Positions 1 to 9,914 of a stretch of DNA of 64,000 nt are shown one piece after another. This stretch comes from Flavobacteriaceae bacterium (GTDB lineage: Bacteria; Bacteroidota; Bacteroidia; Flavobacteriales; Flavobacteriaceae), in NCBI GenBank assembly GCA_038141525.1, contig JAYQIF010000006.1, positions 28,021-92,020 on the forward strand, read 5' to 3'. The notes below the pieces were generated by a model that was not told the DNA's origin, searched no databases, and saw only the letters and a list, made by a program, of their open reading frames with translations. Both the position numbers and the translations under genes were made by a program. Positions within the stretch are counted from its first letter, which is position 1. Every line of letters begins with the position of its first letter.

Positions 1-896
1 TTCTAAAAAGCGGTATTTACAGCAGTCTCCAAGATCTCGGGCGCCATGGACATCGGGCTGTGGGTGTTGTACAAAGCGGGGCGATGGATCAAATTTCAGC
101 TAGATTTGCCAATACATTGGTTGGAAACGCTCCTCGTGAGGCCGTATTAGAAATAACTTATGGTAGGACGAAATTAGAGTGCCTCTGCTCCTGTAAAATT
201 GCTCTTACCGGGGCAGACTTTTCTGCCCAACTTAATGATTTACCGATAGATATGAATAGGGTAATATCCCTAAATAAAGGGGATATACTAGCCCTGGGGC
301 AAAGAAAAACTGGAGCAAGGACCTATATGGCGATTGAACATGGATTTGACGCTGAGCTGGTTATGGGCAGCAGAAGTTTTTACGGTCCGGTAACAGGAAC
401 TAAACGATTTATTGATGGAGATTTACTTTATCGAAGAATCGATAAACAAGACCCAAATGAAACTTCGATAGAAACTTTGTGTGGTCAGTCTCATCCATTG
501 CCCGAGACTGTGGATTTTAATCCCGCCCAAAGACTAATCGACTTTTCAACTTCTAAACCCTTTGTTCTCCAGGCGAGTCCCGGACCTGAACACAACACTC
601 TGACAGACTCGGTTAAAAAATTCATAACTCAGGAATTCACCATAGGCGCTAATGACCGTATGGGCTATCTACTGCGTGAATTAATAAAAAATGATTGCCC
701 CGCTATTTATTCCTCGGCTGTCCTTCCTGGCACGGTTCAACTTACTCCAGGTGGTCAAGTCATAATCCTGACCAATGACGGTCAAGTCACGGGGGGCTAT
801 CCTCGGATTTTACTGCTTTCGGATGAATCATTGAGCCAATTAGGCCAGCTCATTACAGGGCAAAAAATTCGATTTAATCTTGTTTCCAACATTTGA
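1..896 (+). CDS. pxpC: 5-oxoprolinase subunit C / biotin-dependent carboxyltransferase family (KipA, allophanate hydrolase subunit 2 family); 5' end lies outside the window
   Basis: The frame of ORF 60..896 stays open back to nt 3 (LKSGIYSSLQDLGRHGHRAVGVVQSGAMD...). This is the family's N-terminal QD.GR.G...G..SGAMD pattern. A GGYPRI motif lies near the C-terminus, and a hairpin terminator follows. Confidence 0.8.
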   Translation, partial: LKSGIYSSLQDLGRHGHRAVGVVQSGAMDQISARFANTLVGNAPREAVLEITYGRTKLECLCSCKIALTGADFSAQLNDLPIDMNRVISLNKGDILALGQRKTGARTYMAIEHGFDAELVMGSRSFYGPVTGTKRFIDGDLLYRRIDKQDPNETSIETLCGQSHPLPETVDFNPAQRLIDFSTSKPFVLQASPGPEHNTLTDSVKKFITQEFTIGANDRMGYLLRELIKNDCPAIYSSAVLPGTVQLTPGGQVIILTNDGQVTGGYPRILLLSDESLSQLGQLITGQKIRFNLVSNI

Positions 897-922
897 ATTC
901 TCGCCCTTTAAACAAGCTTAAT

Positions 923-958
923 AAAATAGTGGATCCACTATTTTCCACTATTTTTTTT
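923..958 (+). terminator. Rho-independent terminator after pxpC
   Basis: Perfect palindrome aaaatagtggatccactatttt (923-944), followed by ccactatttttttt. Confidence 0.6.
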
Positions 959-1227
959 GTAATCCTCTAAATGATTGTCGAAATTTAATACTGAGCTAAC
1001 CAAAAGTCCAGACATACCTAATAAACTCACGTCTAATATAGAAGGTGTATTGCACTACGCTTTAGTTAATGCACGACCACAGGGCATGTCACTGGTGACA
1101 AAAACAATGTTCCTCGTGACTTTGCGCCTTGAAGACGTATGAATTTTAAGCAGTCTGTGTTATTTTAGTCGACATGATGATAACTTTTGACTAAATAAAC
1201 TATTCTAATAAGCCAAATTTTACTTCA

Positions 1228-3620
1228 ATGAAAATTTCTACAAAACATCCTTTAACCATTGCACTGTGCTTCTTGCTGGTTTTCACAGCAAGTGCACTAG
1301 GCCAAAGCATCAGTTTTAACGAACTTGATGGCGCCACCAAAAACCCTTCCGATCTTAGTGTTTCTGAAATCTATTCGAAGCACTTGGCATATATCGATCC
1401 AGGAAATATAACCCCCATGCTCAGTAGCATCACCCGAATAGATGCCACTTCGGGTCTAGTGAATGGTGAATTTTCTGGCCAATCTTCTTCTACGACAACC
1501 AACACAACCATGGCCAATTTCCGAGATAACCTTGGGCGCATTGCCTCGGTCATGAAAATGGAAAATATGAACACCAAAACTATTTTTGACGGCAGTAATG
1601 GATATACAGAAATGGATCTGATGGGCGGATCGCGAACAGAAATGACCGAAGAGTTAAAAGCCATGTTTAAAGTACCAGATATGGATTTACTTGTACGTGA
1701 ACGACGTATTCCAGAGGGGGCGGGAGCTTCTTTAGTGTCGGTAAATGGTCGCAATTTATACGGGGTGAGCTATGTTTTAAATTCAAGTTATGGCGATACC
1801 GATGTAACGGAATATTATGATGCCTTAACTTTTGAGAAATCCTTTATGGTGACTAAGGCCAATCTATCTAATGGAACCAACACTACGAGCATTCAAGAAT
1901 TTACCGATTACCAAGATTTTGATGGGCTCAAACAGCACAGTCGCTCTTACTTGGCAAGCACTAGCACATTTACGCAAGGGTCATCGGTCATAACGACGGA
2001 AACTAATCATTCTTACAAACTCAACGAGTCATTCTCTTTTTATCGCGATGGCGGCTTAAGTGAGCTAAGCAGCGCTTTGCCTGCGATCCCTAATGGATCG
2101 GTTTCCTCGTCATCTATTGCCTCAGCCATTGGCGGCACATCGAGTAGTAGCGCAGCCGTACCTGATCAGGATTCGGCACAGATTGCGGCAGAACTGGCCT
2201 CGGTTGAAAACCTCGAAGAATCGGAATACTTTAAAAGCCTCAACCTCAGAGAGCGCGCCTATCAACTCAGTTTACGCGCCGAAAAATTAGCGGGCACTGG
2301 AAGTGGGGCTTCTTTCGCAGCAGCGGTGAACACAGTAAACACGGCAGAGCGCAGAGAAAAAATTAAAAAAATGGATGCGGCAGTCGCCGGAAAGCTCAAG
2401 TATCGCCGCAGCTCATTGTACACGATGATGCTAGATGATAATCGTAGAGAGCGATACCGCGTGATTAAAGACGCTTTTGGCAACGCCGTGCTGTCTGAAA
2501 AATTTAATGACCATAATATCGGGCCCTATTTAATTCCGGCCCACGGCATGAGCGGAGAGAAAGATCAGACAAAATTAATCGAACAATATCTCAACAATAA
2601 AGGTGTGGCACGAGATTTGGTGGCTAAATGGTTCAACAGAGATGCCAATGGTAATTTCAACATGGACTTAATCGCAGAACGCGGACAATACAACGCTTCG
2701 GAAATCGACGTTAAAGTCGCTCAGTCTTCTGTGCGCGGTAAGGCCATGCTCGCCGATGCTGGGCGAGAACTCATTGGCAATACTTTTGTGATTGTTTACG
2801 ACTATAAATACACCAATAAAGAGGAGCAAGCAAAAAAGCGCGGTGGTTTCCTCGATGTCCATAAGCACCGCGGCGAGTATTGCTGGTTACGACGACGTAG
2901 CTAACATAGCACAAGGTGTACGTGTTGCTTCGGATGTTATGGGGAAAGGGTATTTTGTGAGGACTACAAGTTACCTGTATCGATTGGTTTGGAACGACGA
3001 TGTGGCCAACGAATTTTATACCTACTTGTGGAACGACGCCTCGGACTCAGATCCAAAACGAAAAGAACTTTTTGATCGCTCCGATCTGTTTAAATTAGAA
3101 TATGTGGGCTCTGAAAAATCGCGCAATAATCTGCAATCGACGATTTTTACTTCTAAGTCAGACAACCAGCTTATCGAAATTGCCACGACAAGAGCAGTCG
3201 ATAAGAACATAGGAAAATTACAAAGAACCTATGAAGAATTCCGTGTAAAAACTCCATTGCTAAGCACAGATCCTATAGCCGCTCAGATTGGCACCAAAGA
3301 GGATATCGAACGAGGGGATAAGTTTGAAGTTCTCGAGCAAATCTTAGACGAGGACGGAACCACTTATTATGACAAGATCGGCACAATTAAAGTGCAGAAG
3401 GTTTGGGACAACGCCTACGTGCCAGATGACGCCAGTGGAGAAGGTACGGCTCAAGTTCTCACTGAAGCCGATTTAGAGGGATTATCAAATACAGAAAAAT
3501 TCAAAATGATATCCTGGAAAAAAAACAAAAAAAGAAGAAGCGAGAAACTTAAATTATAGTATCTTTAAAGGGAGTGCAAAGAAACTCGCACCGGGTATGT
3601 TAATCAGACAAATAAACTAA
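1228..3620 (+). CDS. Exported protein of about 800 aa, unknown function (P1 of the five-gene exported-protein operon); frame broken in this assembly
   Basis: Signal peptide MKISTKHPLTIALCFLLVFTASALGQ and a Ser-rich linker (SVSSSSIASAIGGTSSSSAA). ORFs 1228..2904 and 2792..3559 overlap in different frames, with the junction at the A6 run 2832-2837. After the A8/A7 tract 3518-3533 a third frame stays open to TAA 3618-3620 (..YSIFKGSAKKLAPGMLIRQIN). That end would leave a 10-nt gap to the next gene, matching the 11-13-nt gaps in the rest of the operon. Confidence 0.55.
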
Positions 3621-3630
3621 ACCAAGACCT

Positions 3631-4161
3631 ATGAATTCAAAATTTTTAAAACTCAGCTTAGTGGCTTTGGCCATGTTAGCAATATCGCCGGCCTTTGGCC
3701 AAAGACGGGCCAAAAAGAAAGCCGACAAGGATATGAAAAACTGGCGCTATGAAATAGAATGCGTCAACGTGTCTTCAGATGGCAGTTATATCATCAAAAT
3801 CTTTTCGTTCTCCAAAAAGAAGACTGTAGCCATAACACAAGCCAGCAAGAATGCGGTTCACGGGGTTATCTTTAGGGGAATTCCGCAAAACGAAGTGGGA
3901 TGCGTGAGTCAACCGCCATTGGCCAGACACCCTAACGCGCAAGAAAAGAACAGAGAGTTCTTTGACGACTTCTTCTCGGATACTGGAGACTTTCAAAAAT
4001 TTGTCACGCTAACCACTAATGGTGCCGTGGCGCCCGAAGACCGATTAAAAGTTGGTAAAAAAGAATATAAAATAGGTGTCATTGTCTCGGTAGACGTGGC
4101 CTCTTTACGTAAAACCCTAGAAGCAGCTGGAGTCATTAAAGGCCTCTCGTCTGGTTTCTAA
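3631..4161 (+). CDS. Exported protein, unknown function (P2; paralog of P3)
   Basis: Signal peptide MNSKFLKLSLVALAMLAISPAFGQ. Shares the pattern YE.ECV..DG...A...A...AV..I.F.GI....C...P with the next gene. Confidence 0.7.
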   Translation: MNSKFLKLSLVALAMLAISPAFGQRRAKKKADKDMKNWRYEIECVNVSSDGSYIIKIFSFSKKKTVAITQASKNAVHGVIFRGIPQNEVGCVSQPPLARHPNAQEKNREFFDDFFSDTGDFQKFVTLTTNGAVAPEDRLKVGKKEYKIGVIVSVDVASLRKTLEAAGVIKGLSSGF

Positions 4162-4174
4162 TAAATCCCTAATC

Positions 4175-4666
4175 ATGAACGCAGTATTTAAACTATTTGT
4201 CCTGAGTCTTTTTGTGATCAGTGCCACCTCATGTAAGTCCAAAATACAGACCGTATCTGGATTTTATGACTATGAAACCGAATGTGTTTCCTCGGACGGA
4301 AACGGTATTCAAACCGTAAAAGCCTGGGGCACCGGAAATACAGAAAAAGAGGCTGTCCTCAATGCACGGCGCCGTGCTGTAGACGACATACTATTTAAAG
4401 GAATCCGCGGAGGGACGAGCTTCTGCGACATGCGACCCATTATCTCGAATCCGAATACGCGAAGAAATGAAGAGCAATATTTCTATCGCTTTTTTGCAGA
4501 AGGTGGGGCCTTTGAGGGCTTTGCCGGTCTCCCAGAAGAAAACTGGATCCGTCAAAAACTCAAAATCAATAAAAAAAATAAAGACAATTTAGCCTTTGAA
4601 ATCGTCATCGAAGTCGATATGATGGGCCTCAAAGATCAAATGCGTCGCGATAACATAATTCAATAA
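4175..4666 (+). CDS. Lipoprotein, unknown function (P3; paralog of P2)
   Basis: Lipobox-type signal peptide LFVISATS-C. Starts 13 nt after P2. Same conserved Cys pair and KGI.GG motif as P2. Confidence 0.7.
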   Translation: MNAVFKLFVLSLFVISATSCKSKIQTVSGFYDYETECVSSDGNGIQTVKAWGTGNTEKEAVLNARRRAVDDILFKGIRGGTSFCDMRPIISNPNTRRNEEQYFYRFFAEGGAFEGFAGLPEENWIRQKLKINKKNKDNLAFEIVIEVDMMGLKDQMRRDNIIQ

Positions 4667-4677
4667 ATACAGAACTT

Positions 4678-5649
4678 ATGAAGTTTTTTCAATCAATACG
4701 ATTTGTTCCAGTATTGCTGTTGTGCTCAGCACTAGCCTTTGGACAAGCAAAAAAACCTACACTAATGGTTGTGCCTAGTGACAACTGGTGTATTACTAAT
4801 GGTTACACCCTTGAGTTTGACAATCAGGGCATGACCGAAACTATTCCAGACTACAAACGCGCTTTTCAAGAAAGTTCAGACCTGCTGTTAGTGGTAAGTA
4901 AACTCAGTGGTCTTATGGCAGAGCGAGGGTTCCCGCTAAAAAATATGGAGTCTGAAATCAAGTCTATTAGCCAAGTGAGTGCCTTGGACAATATGCGCAG
5001 TTCAAAAGGTGGCGGGGCTGAGGTTGCGGTTAGCCCTGTGGATGAACTCCTGAATCAGGCCAAAGCAGATATTATCTTACAACTTACTTGGACCATCAAT
5101 AAAGTTGGCCCAAACCGCTCAATTACCTTCAACCTTCAAGGACTTGATGCCTATTCTAACAAGCAAATTGCCACAGCGGCCGGTACAGGAGCCCCATCGT
5201 TTTCTGTAGAACTGCCTGTTTTATTAGAAGAAGCGGTGCTTTCGTATATCGGTCCTTTTGCCGACAGCCTTCAAGATCATTTCGATGATTTATTCGAAAA
5301 CGGACGCGAGGTGAGTATCTCGGTTAAGCGATGGGCAGACTGGGATGGTGATTTAGAATCATATTATGGCCCAGACGAAGAAGAGCTCGGGATTCTAATC
5401 GAAGATTGGATGGCCGACAACACCGTAAATGGGCGCTTTAGCATAAAAAATACTACTGAGAATATGATCATTTTTGAGCAAGTACGCATACCGCTTTATT
5501 ACGAGCGTAATGGTCGCCAACGCGCCATGGACACAAGGCGATTTGCCAATCAGCTGAGTCGTTACTTGCGTAATTCGCCTTTTAACATTGAAAACAAATT
5601 AACCACTCGCGGACTCGGTGAGGCTACCATTTTCTTGGGTAGTAAATAA
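4678..5649 (+). CDS. Exported protein, unknown function (P4)
   Basis: Signal peptide MKFFQSIRFVPVLLLCSALAFGQ. Starts 11 nt after P3. Long ORF with no competing frame. Confidence 0.7.
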   Translation: MKFFQSIRFVPVLLLCSALAFGQAKKPTLMVVPSDNWCITNGYTLEFDNQGMTETIPDYKRAFQESSDLLLVVSKLSGLMAERGFPLKNMESEIKSISQVSALDNMRSSKGGGAEVAVSPVDELLNQAKADIILQLTWTINKVGPNRSITFNLQGLDAYSNKQIATAAGTGAPSFSVELPVLLEEAVLSYIGPFADSLQDHFDDLFENGREVSISVKRWADWDGDLESYYGPDEEELGILIEDWMADNTVNGRFSIKNTTENMIIFEQVRIPLYYERNGRQRAMDTRRFANQLSRYLRNSPFNIENKLTTRGLGEATIFLGSK

Positions 5650-5660
5650 ATACTTGTCTT

Positions 5661-6653
5661 ATGAAAATCAAATCTTATATCTCCATCATCGCGCTTGCAC
5701 TCTTGACTCTAGGTGGGTCAATGGTTGAGGTCTTGGCGCAGAATAAAATGGACAAAACAGACGATCTGGGCCGTATTGCCATAGTGCCTTATGTAACGGA
5801 TCAAGTAGAGAACCTTCCAGAGATTGCCAAGAACAATCTCCGCAGTAAGATGGCGCAAATCCTTACAAAACAAGGAATCGCTGGCTCTGCAGGTTTTTCG
5901 AGCCAGTTTATCATGGTCCCCAATGTGAGTGTCTTGACTAAAGACGTCGTTGCTGGGGCGCCTCCAAAAGTTGCCCTTAATCTTGAAGTGGCCTTTTACA
6001 TTGGCGATGGCATCAATGGTGTCAAATACGGCAGTGCTGCGGTCATGGCCAAAGGTGTGGGCAGTACCGAAACCAAAGCCTATATTTCTGCACTCCGCAA
6101 TATCAGTAGCAGTAATAAAGATTTGGCCAGACTCATCGATACCGCCAAAGAGCGCATCCTAGAGTACTATAACGACGGCTGTGACTTTATTTTGAAAGAG
6201 GCCGACAATTTGGCTGCCCAAAACAAGTTTGACGAAGCTTTATACGCTCTTTCTTCTGTGCCTGTAGTATCAAAGGAGTGCTTTAACAAAGCACAAGATC
6301 GCATCGGTGATGTCTATCAGCAAATGATAGACCGTGACTGCGATATGCTCCTGAATCAAGCCACCAATGCATGGAATGCAGGGCAGAATTATGAGGCTGC
6401 AGCAGAGGCTACGGAACTGCTCAATCAAATCGAGCCTGAATCAGCTTGTTTTTCTAAGGTTAAAACACTTTCCAAAAGTATTCGTACCGGCATTAAAGAC
6501 ACCAATAACAAGGAGTGGGCCATGTTGAACAAACAACTGGAAAGCATTACTGAAATCGAAAAGAACAGATTGTCTACCACTAAAGAAATTGCTTTGGCCT
6601 ATGCCAACAATCAACCTAAAAACGTCGTTTACAACGTCAAAGGTTGGTGGTAA
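5661..6653 (+). CDS. Exported protein, unknown function (P5); N-terminal alpha/beta part and C-terminal helical Cys-containing part
   Basis: Signal peptide ending VLAQ. Starts 11 nt after P4. Contains an LGRIAIVPYV strand-like motif, then helical repeats (KFDEALYALSSVP..CFNKAQDRIG.., NYEAAAEATELLNQIEPESACF). A strong terminator follows. Confidence 0.7.
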   Translation: MKIKSYISIIALALLTLGGSMVEVLAQNKMDKTDDLGRIAIVPYVTDQVENLPEIAKNNLRSKMAQILTKQGIAGSAGFSSQFIMVPNVSVLTKDVVAGAPPKVALNLEVAFYIGDGINGVKYGSAAVMAKGVGSTETKAYISALRNISSSNKDLARLIDTAKERILEYYNDGCDFILKEADNLAAQNKFDEALYALSSVPVVSKECFNKAQDRIGDVYQQMIDRDCDMLLNQATNAWNAGQNYEAAAEATELLNQIEPESACFSKVKTLSKSIRTGIKDTNNKEWAMLNKQLESITEIEKNRLSTTKEIALAYANNQPKNVVYNVKGWW

Positions 6654-6706
6654 AATGTCTTTCCAGAACGACTAAAGGACCCTGGTTTTATTGAAATATA
6701 GGGAAC

Positions 6707-6737
6707 AAAAGCCCGCTCAGTTGAGCGGGCTTTTTTT
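6707..6737. terminator. Bidirectional rho-independent terminator between convergent genes
   Basis: aaaa-gcccgctc-agtt-gagcgggc-ttttttt: an 8-bp GC stem flanked by an A-run and a T-run. Confidence 0.8.
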
Positions 6738-6791
6738 GCAAGTCACGATGCGATACTTGCTCTTGTCTTTATGATACGGATAACTCTCGCG

Positions 6792-8396
6792 CTAAAGGAT
6801 ATAGTCCGTAGTTACAAAATTACTCTGTCGCTCCTGCAACATATTCTTGATGATCTCCTTATTCATGGGATTATCTTTGGCCGCGAGGAAGGTCCGAATC
6901 GAGAATGAACGCAAAGCATCATGAACACTTAAAGTGCTTACCGCCGAGTCTTTACGACCAGTAAATGGATACGTGTCTGGTCCTCGTTGGCACGCACTGT
7001 TTAGGTTAACACGGCATACCAAATTAACTAAGTAATCGATCAAGGGCGTCAGTTCCTGCGAATTCGTTCCGAATACACTCACCTGCTGGCCATAATTACT
7101 TTGGGCCATGTCCTCTAATGGCAGCTTTATGTCTTCAAAATCCCGCACAGGAATCACGGGTCCAAATTGTTCCTCGTGATAGATGTTCATCTCTTTGGTC
7201 ACTGGATACAATACAGCTGGGAATATAAAATTACTGCTGCGCTCACCACCTCGTTTATTGATGATTTTGGCTCCCTTCTCTAGGGCATCATCAATGAGTG
7301 ACTGAATGTAGTCTGGTTTATTCGGCTCCGGAAGCGGCGTGAGCAGTGTGTTATCCCAAGGCATGCCCAACTGTAGAGCGTCCACAGCATTCGTGAAAGC
7401 AGGTAAAAACTCATCCTTTATTGCTTTGTGTACATACAATATTTTCAGGGCCGTACAGCGCTGTCCATTGAAGGAAAGCGTGCCTGAAATACACTCCGAA
7501 ACCGCATTTTGCAAATCGGCACTGGGCAAGATGATTCCCGGGTTTTTCGCCTCAAGTCCGAGAACCAAACGCAAACGATTTTTATTCGGGTGTAAATCTT
7601 GTAAAGCAATGGCCGATGAACTATGGCCGATAAGGGCAAGAACATCGATATGGCCAGATTTCATAATTGGGGAAGCGACTGCGCGACCACGGCCAAAAAG
7701 CACATTGACGACTCCTTTAGGAAAACTCGTTGCAAAGGCCTCAAGTAAAGGACCTATGAGCAATACGCCGAGTTTGGCAGGCTTGAAAATAGTCGTATTA
7801 CCCATTATTATGGCCGGTATGAGCAACGAAAAAGTCTCATTGAGCGGATAATTGTAGGGCCCTAAGCACAAAACGATTCCCAATGGTCCGCGTCTAATGT
7901 GGGCGCGTACGTTACTGTCGTTCAAAAAGCGAGCGCCTTTTCGGTCAAAATCCTTACAGGCCTCGATCGTGTCATAAATGTAATCTACGGTACGATCAAA
8001 TTCTTTCTGGGAGTCTTTGTAATTCTTGCCAATCTCCCACATTAATAATTTCACCACCTCATCGCGTTTGGTCACCATCTTTGCGGCAAAATCTTCCATA
8101 CACTTAATGCGGTCTGTTACGCGCATGGTGGGCCACTCCCCCATACCCCGGTCAAATGCTTTAACTGATGAGCGGATGGCCGCAATTGCAGAGGCTTCAT
8201 CCATGGCGCTCACTTGTCCGAGATAAGTTGGCCCCAGCTTACCTGACTCGTCAGGGGTTTCTATGGTGGAATAGACCTCCGTGGTGGGTCCATTCCAAGT
8301 TTTCACTTGGCCGTCTAGGACATATTGATTTAGGGTAATTGGCTCCAAAGTAAACTCTTCGGGCACGGTAACAGTCGTTGGTTTCATAAAAGACAT
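6792..8396 (-). CDS. NAD(P)-dependent aldehyde dehydrogenase, non-phosphorylating GAPDH (GapN)-like
   Basis: 534-aa ORF with ALDH motifs: FKPAKLG, the catalytic region [10 protein letters not shown]...[10 protein letters not shown], and EEQFGPV. Confidence 0.8.
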   Translation of the reverse strand: MSFMKPTTVTVPEEFTLEPITLNQYVLDGQVKTWNGPTTEVYSTIETPDESGKLGPTYLGQVSAMDEASAIAAIRSSVKAFDRGMGEWPTMRVTDRIKCMEDFAAKMVTKRDEVVKLLMWEIGKNYKDSQKEFDRTVDYIYDTIEACKDFDRKGARFLNDSNVRAHIRRGPLGIVLCLGPYNYPLNETFSLLIPAIIMGNTTIFKPAKLGVLLIGPLLEAFATSFPKGVVNVLFGRGRAVASPIMKSGHIDVLALIGHSSSAIALQDLHPNKNRLRLVLGLEAKNPGIILPSADLQNAVSECISGTLSFNGQRCTALKILYVHKAIKDEFLPAFTNAVDALQLGMPWDNTLLTPLPEPNKPDYIQSLIDDALEKGAKIINKRGGERSSNFIFPAVLYPVTKEMNIYHEEQFGPVIPVRDFEDIKLPLEDMAQSNYGQQVSVFGTNSQELTPLIDYLVNLVCRVNLNSACQRGPDTYPFTGRKDSAVSTLSVHDALRSFSIRTFLAAKDNPMNKEIIKNMLQERQSNFVTTDYIL

Positions 8397-8657
8397 TTTA
8401 GCCTTTAAGGCTCTTAAAGAAAAAATAAGACGGAAAAGAGCCTTTACTAGGCTTTATTTTATTGGAAGGTGGGTAAAAAGTACGAAAAAATAACCAAATC
8501 ATTAGAGCGCTATTCAATTTAAGACCCCCCATGAACTTATTCAAAGCGCATTGTCTGATCTAAAAATCACCTTGAAAGAGCTGAAAAGCATGGATGCGAT
8601 TGAGTTTTTTCAAAATTATTTGTAACTTTCTTGTTCTAAATCTACTAAAACCACATC

Positions 8658-9263
8658 ATGAAACATTTACTCACTTTATTAGCCATAACCCTTACTTTTG
8701 GCGTATATGGGCAAAAATCAACAATCAGAACCAATGTCCCTTCTGCAGACATATTTATCGACGGAAAACTTGTAGGTCAAGGGGAAGTTGGTGGGATAAA
8801 AGTTCCAAGAAATGAATGCATTACAGTTCAAGTCAGTGCTACCGGTTACCTGTCACAGACCAAAGAGTATTGTAAAATAAAGGGCATGCCACGAATTGAA
8901 AAAACAGAATACATTGAACTCGGTGTTGACGATTCCTTCGAGGCGAGTGTGCAGTCAGATTTCGCCAATAATGACATTATCATAAATCCAAAAAATAAGG
9001 ATGTCGAAGAAGTCTGGAAAAATGCATTTCGCCTTATTTCCAATTATTTTGACGCCATGGAAGTCAACGACACCGAAGTATACTACCTCAGAACATCATG
9101 GGTTGTTGCAACATTTAAAGGATATACTATTAGAACGCGCGTCATTTACCGTTTGACCAGAGAAAATCCCTTGGAGTTTTCCATCAAAGTAGTTTCAGAA
9201 CGTGCTGAGGGACAGGCCAGCCCTAAAGACGATGAAAAGTATAAGCCTTGGACCCGTATTTAA
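8658..9263 (+). CDS. Exported protein with an N-terminal PEGA-like domain, unknown function
   Basis: Signal peptide MKHLLTLLAITLTFGVYGQ and the motif ADIFIDGKLVGQG. A one-base shift in the T3A3 run at 9259-9264 would add LKRYAALIEEVQQRS and stop at 9305-9307. The true 3' end is unresolved. Confidence 0.6.
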   Translation: MKHLLTLLAITLTFGVYGQKSTIRTNVPSADIFIDGKLVGQGEVGGIKVPRNECITVQVSATGYLSQTKEYCKIKGMPRIEKTEYIELGVDDSFEASVQSDFANNDIIINPKNKDVEEVWKNAFRLISNYFDAMEVNDTEVYYLRTSWVVATFKGYTIRTRVIYRLTRENPLEFSIKVVSERAEGQASPKDDEKYKPWTRI

Positions 9264-9334
9264 AGCGTTATGCTGCGCTAATAGAAGAAGTACAACAGCG
9301 CTCATAAACACAAGAGCATATTCGACAATAATTT

Positions 9335-9358
9335 AAAGCCCCGTTTTGGGGCTTTTTT
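9335..9358 (+). terminator. Rho-independent terminator
   Basis: aaagcccc-gtttt-ggggctttttt. Confidence 0.7.
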
Positions 9359-9462
9359 ATAAGCCAAAGAATGAAACAACACCTTCGGTCTTTACATCGA
9401 AAACTCCTGAAGATTAAATCCCATATATTCAGTATTGAGAAAAGGCACTAGCCTGAACTTCC

Positions 9463-9536
9463 AATGGCCTTATCCAGATGGTCGCCATTACCGATGACCT
9501 TGTCCAACTAACCTTGGTTACTGATGGCCTTGTCAA
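9463..9536. repeat. Three direct repeats of a 14-nt motif spaced exactly 30 bp apart
   Basis: aatggccttatcca (9463), gatgaccttgtcca (9493), gatggccttgtcaa (9523). The array lies about 100 bp upstream of ORF 9633. Confidence 0.6.
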
Positions 9537-9632
9537 GCGGGCAAGTTAATGGGAATCATAAATTATCTTAATGTTTATCCAACTGGTTTGAAATTATCCT
9601 AATTTAGCGCTCAACCTAACCTTGATTGCCTT

Positions 9633-9914
9633 ATGCTCAGTTCCTATAAATTCAAATTTTACCACCCGCTTTTTTTACTCTTCATTCCATTTATCGGCAA
9701 TTTTGTGAGTCCTCAAGTGAACTGGTCTTGGTCCGATTTTACAGTAATGGGGGTGCTTTTGTTGTGCCTTGGTCTTGGGGTAAGATTTGTCCTTAAAAAA
9801 TTTGGACAAAGTTCAAATCGATGGTCGTATCTATCTGCAGTGATCTTAGTGTTTTTACTGATCTGGGCTGAACTGGCCGTAGGTATTTTTGGCAGTCCTC
9901 TAGCCGGAAGTTAA
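9633..9914 (+). CDS. Small membrane protein (three predicted TM helices), unknown function
   Basis: 93-aa ORF with three hydrophobic stretches ([47 protein letters not shown]). Overlaps the 3' end of glpF convergently. Confidence 0.4.
   Translation: MLSSYKFKFYHPLFLLFIPFIGNFVSPQVNWSWSDFTVMGVLLLCLGLGVRFVLKKFGQSSNRWSYLSAVILVFLLIWAELAVGIFGSPLAGS

Noticed and set aside
1088-1099. Inverted repeat GTCAC-tg-GTGAC in the leader of the exported-protein operon, considered as an operator.
   Set aside because: The arms are only 5 bp. Such a repeat is expected by chance in a 330-bp spacer, and there is no second copy.
7339-7851. Long antisense or shadow ORFs in the six-frame track. Examples are 7339..7851, 48074..48562, 1371..1754, 12211..12564, 12475..12738, 49493..49873, 50288..50659, 11613..12017, 15333..15746, 23806..24165 and 60688..60996.
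   Set aside because: Each lies entirely inside, and opposite to or out of frame with, a gene carrying strong family motifs. Their translations are low-complexity or Arg/Ser/Pro-rich with no motifs.
8594-8815. An upstream ORF overlapping the start of the PEGA-domain gene.
   Set aside because: It is in a different frame and has no signal or motif. The 8658 start gives a clean signal peptide.
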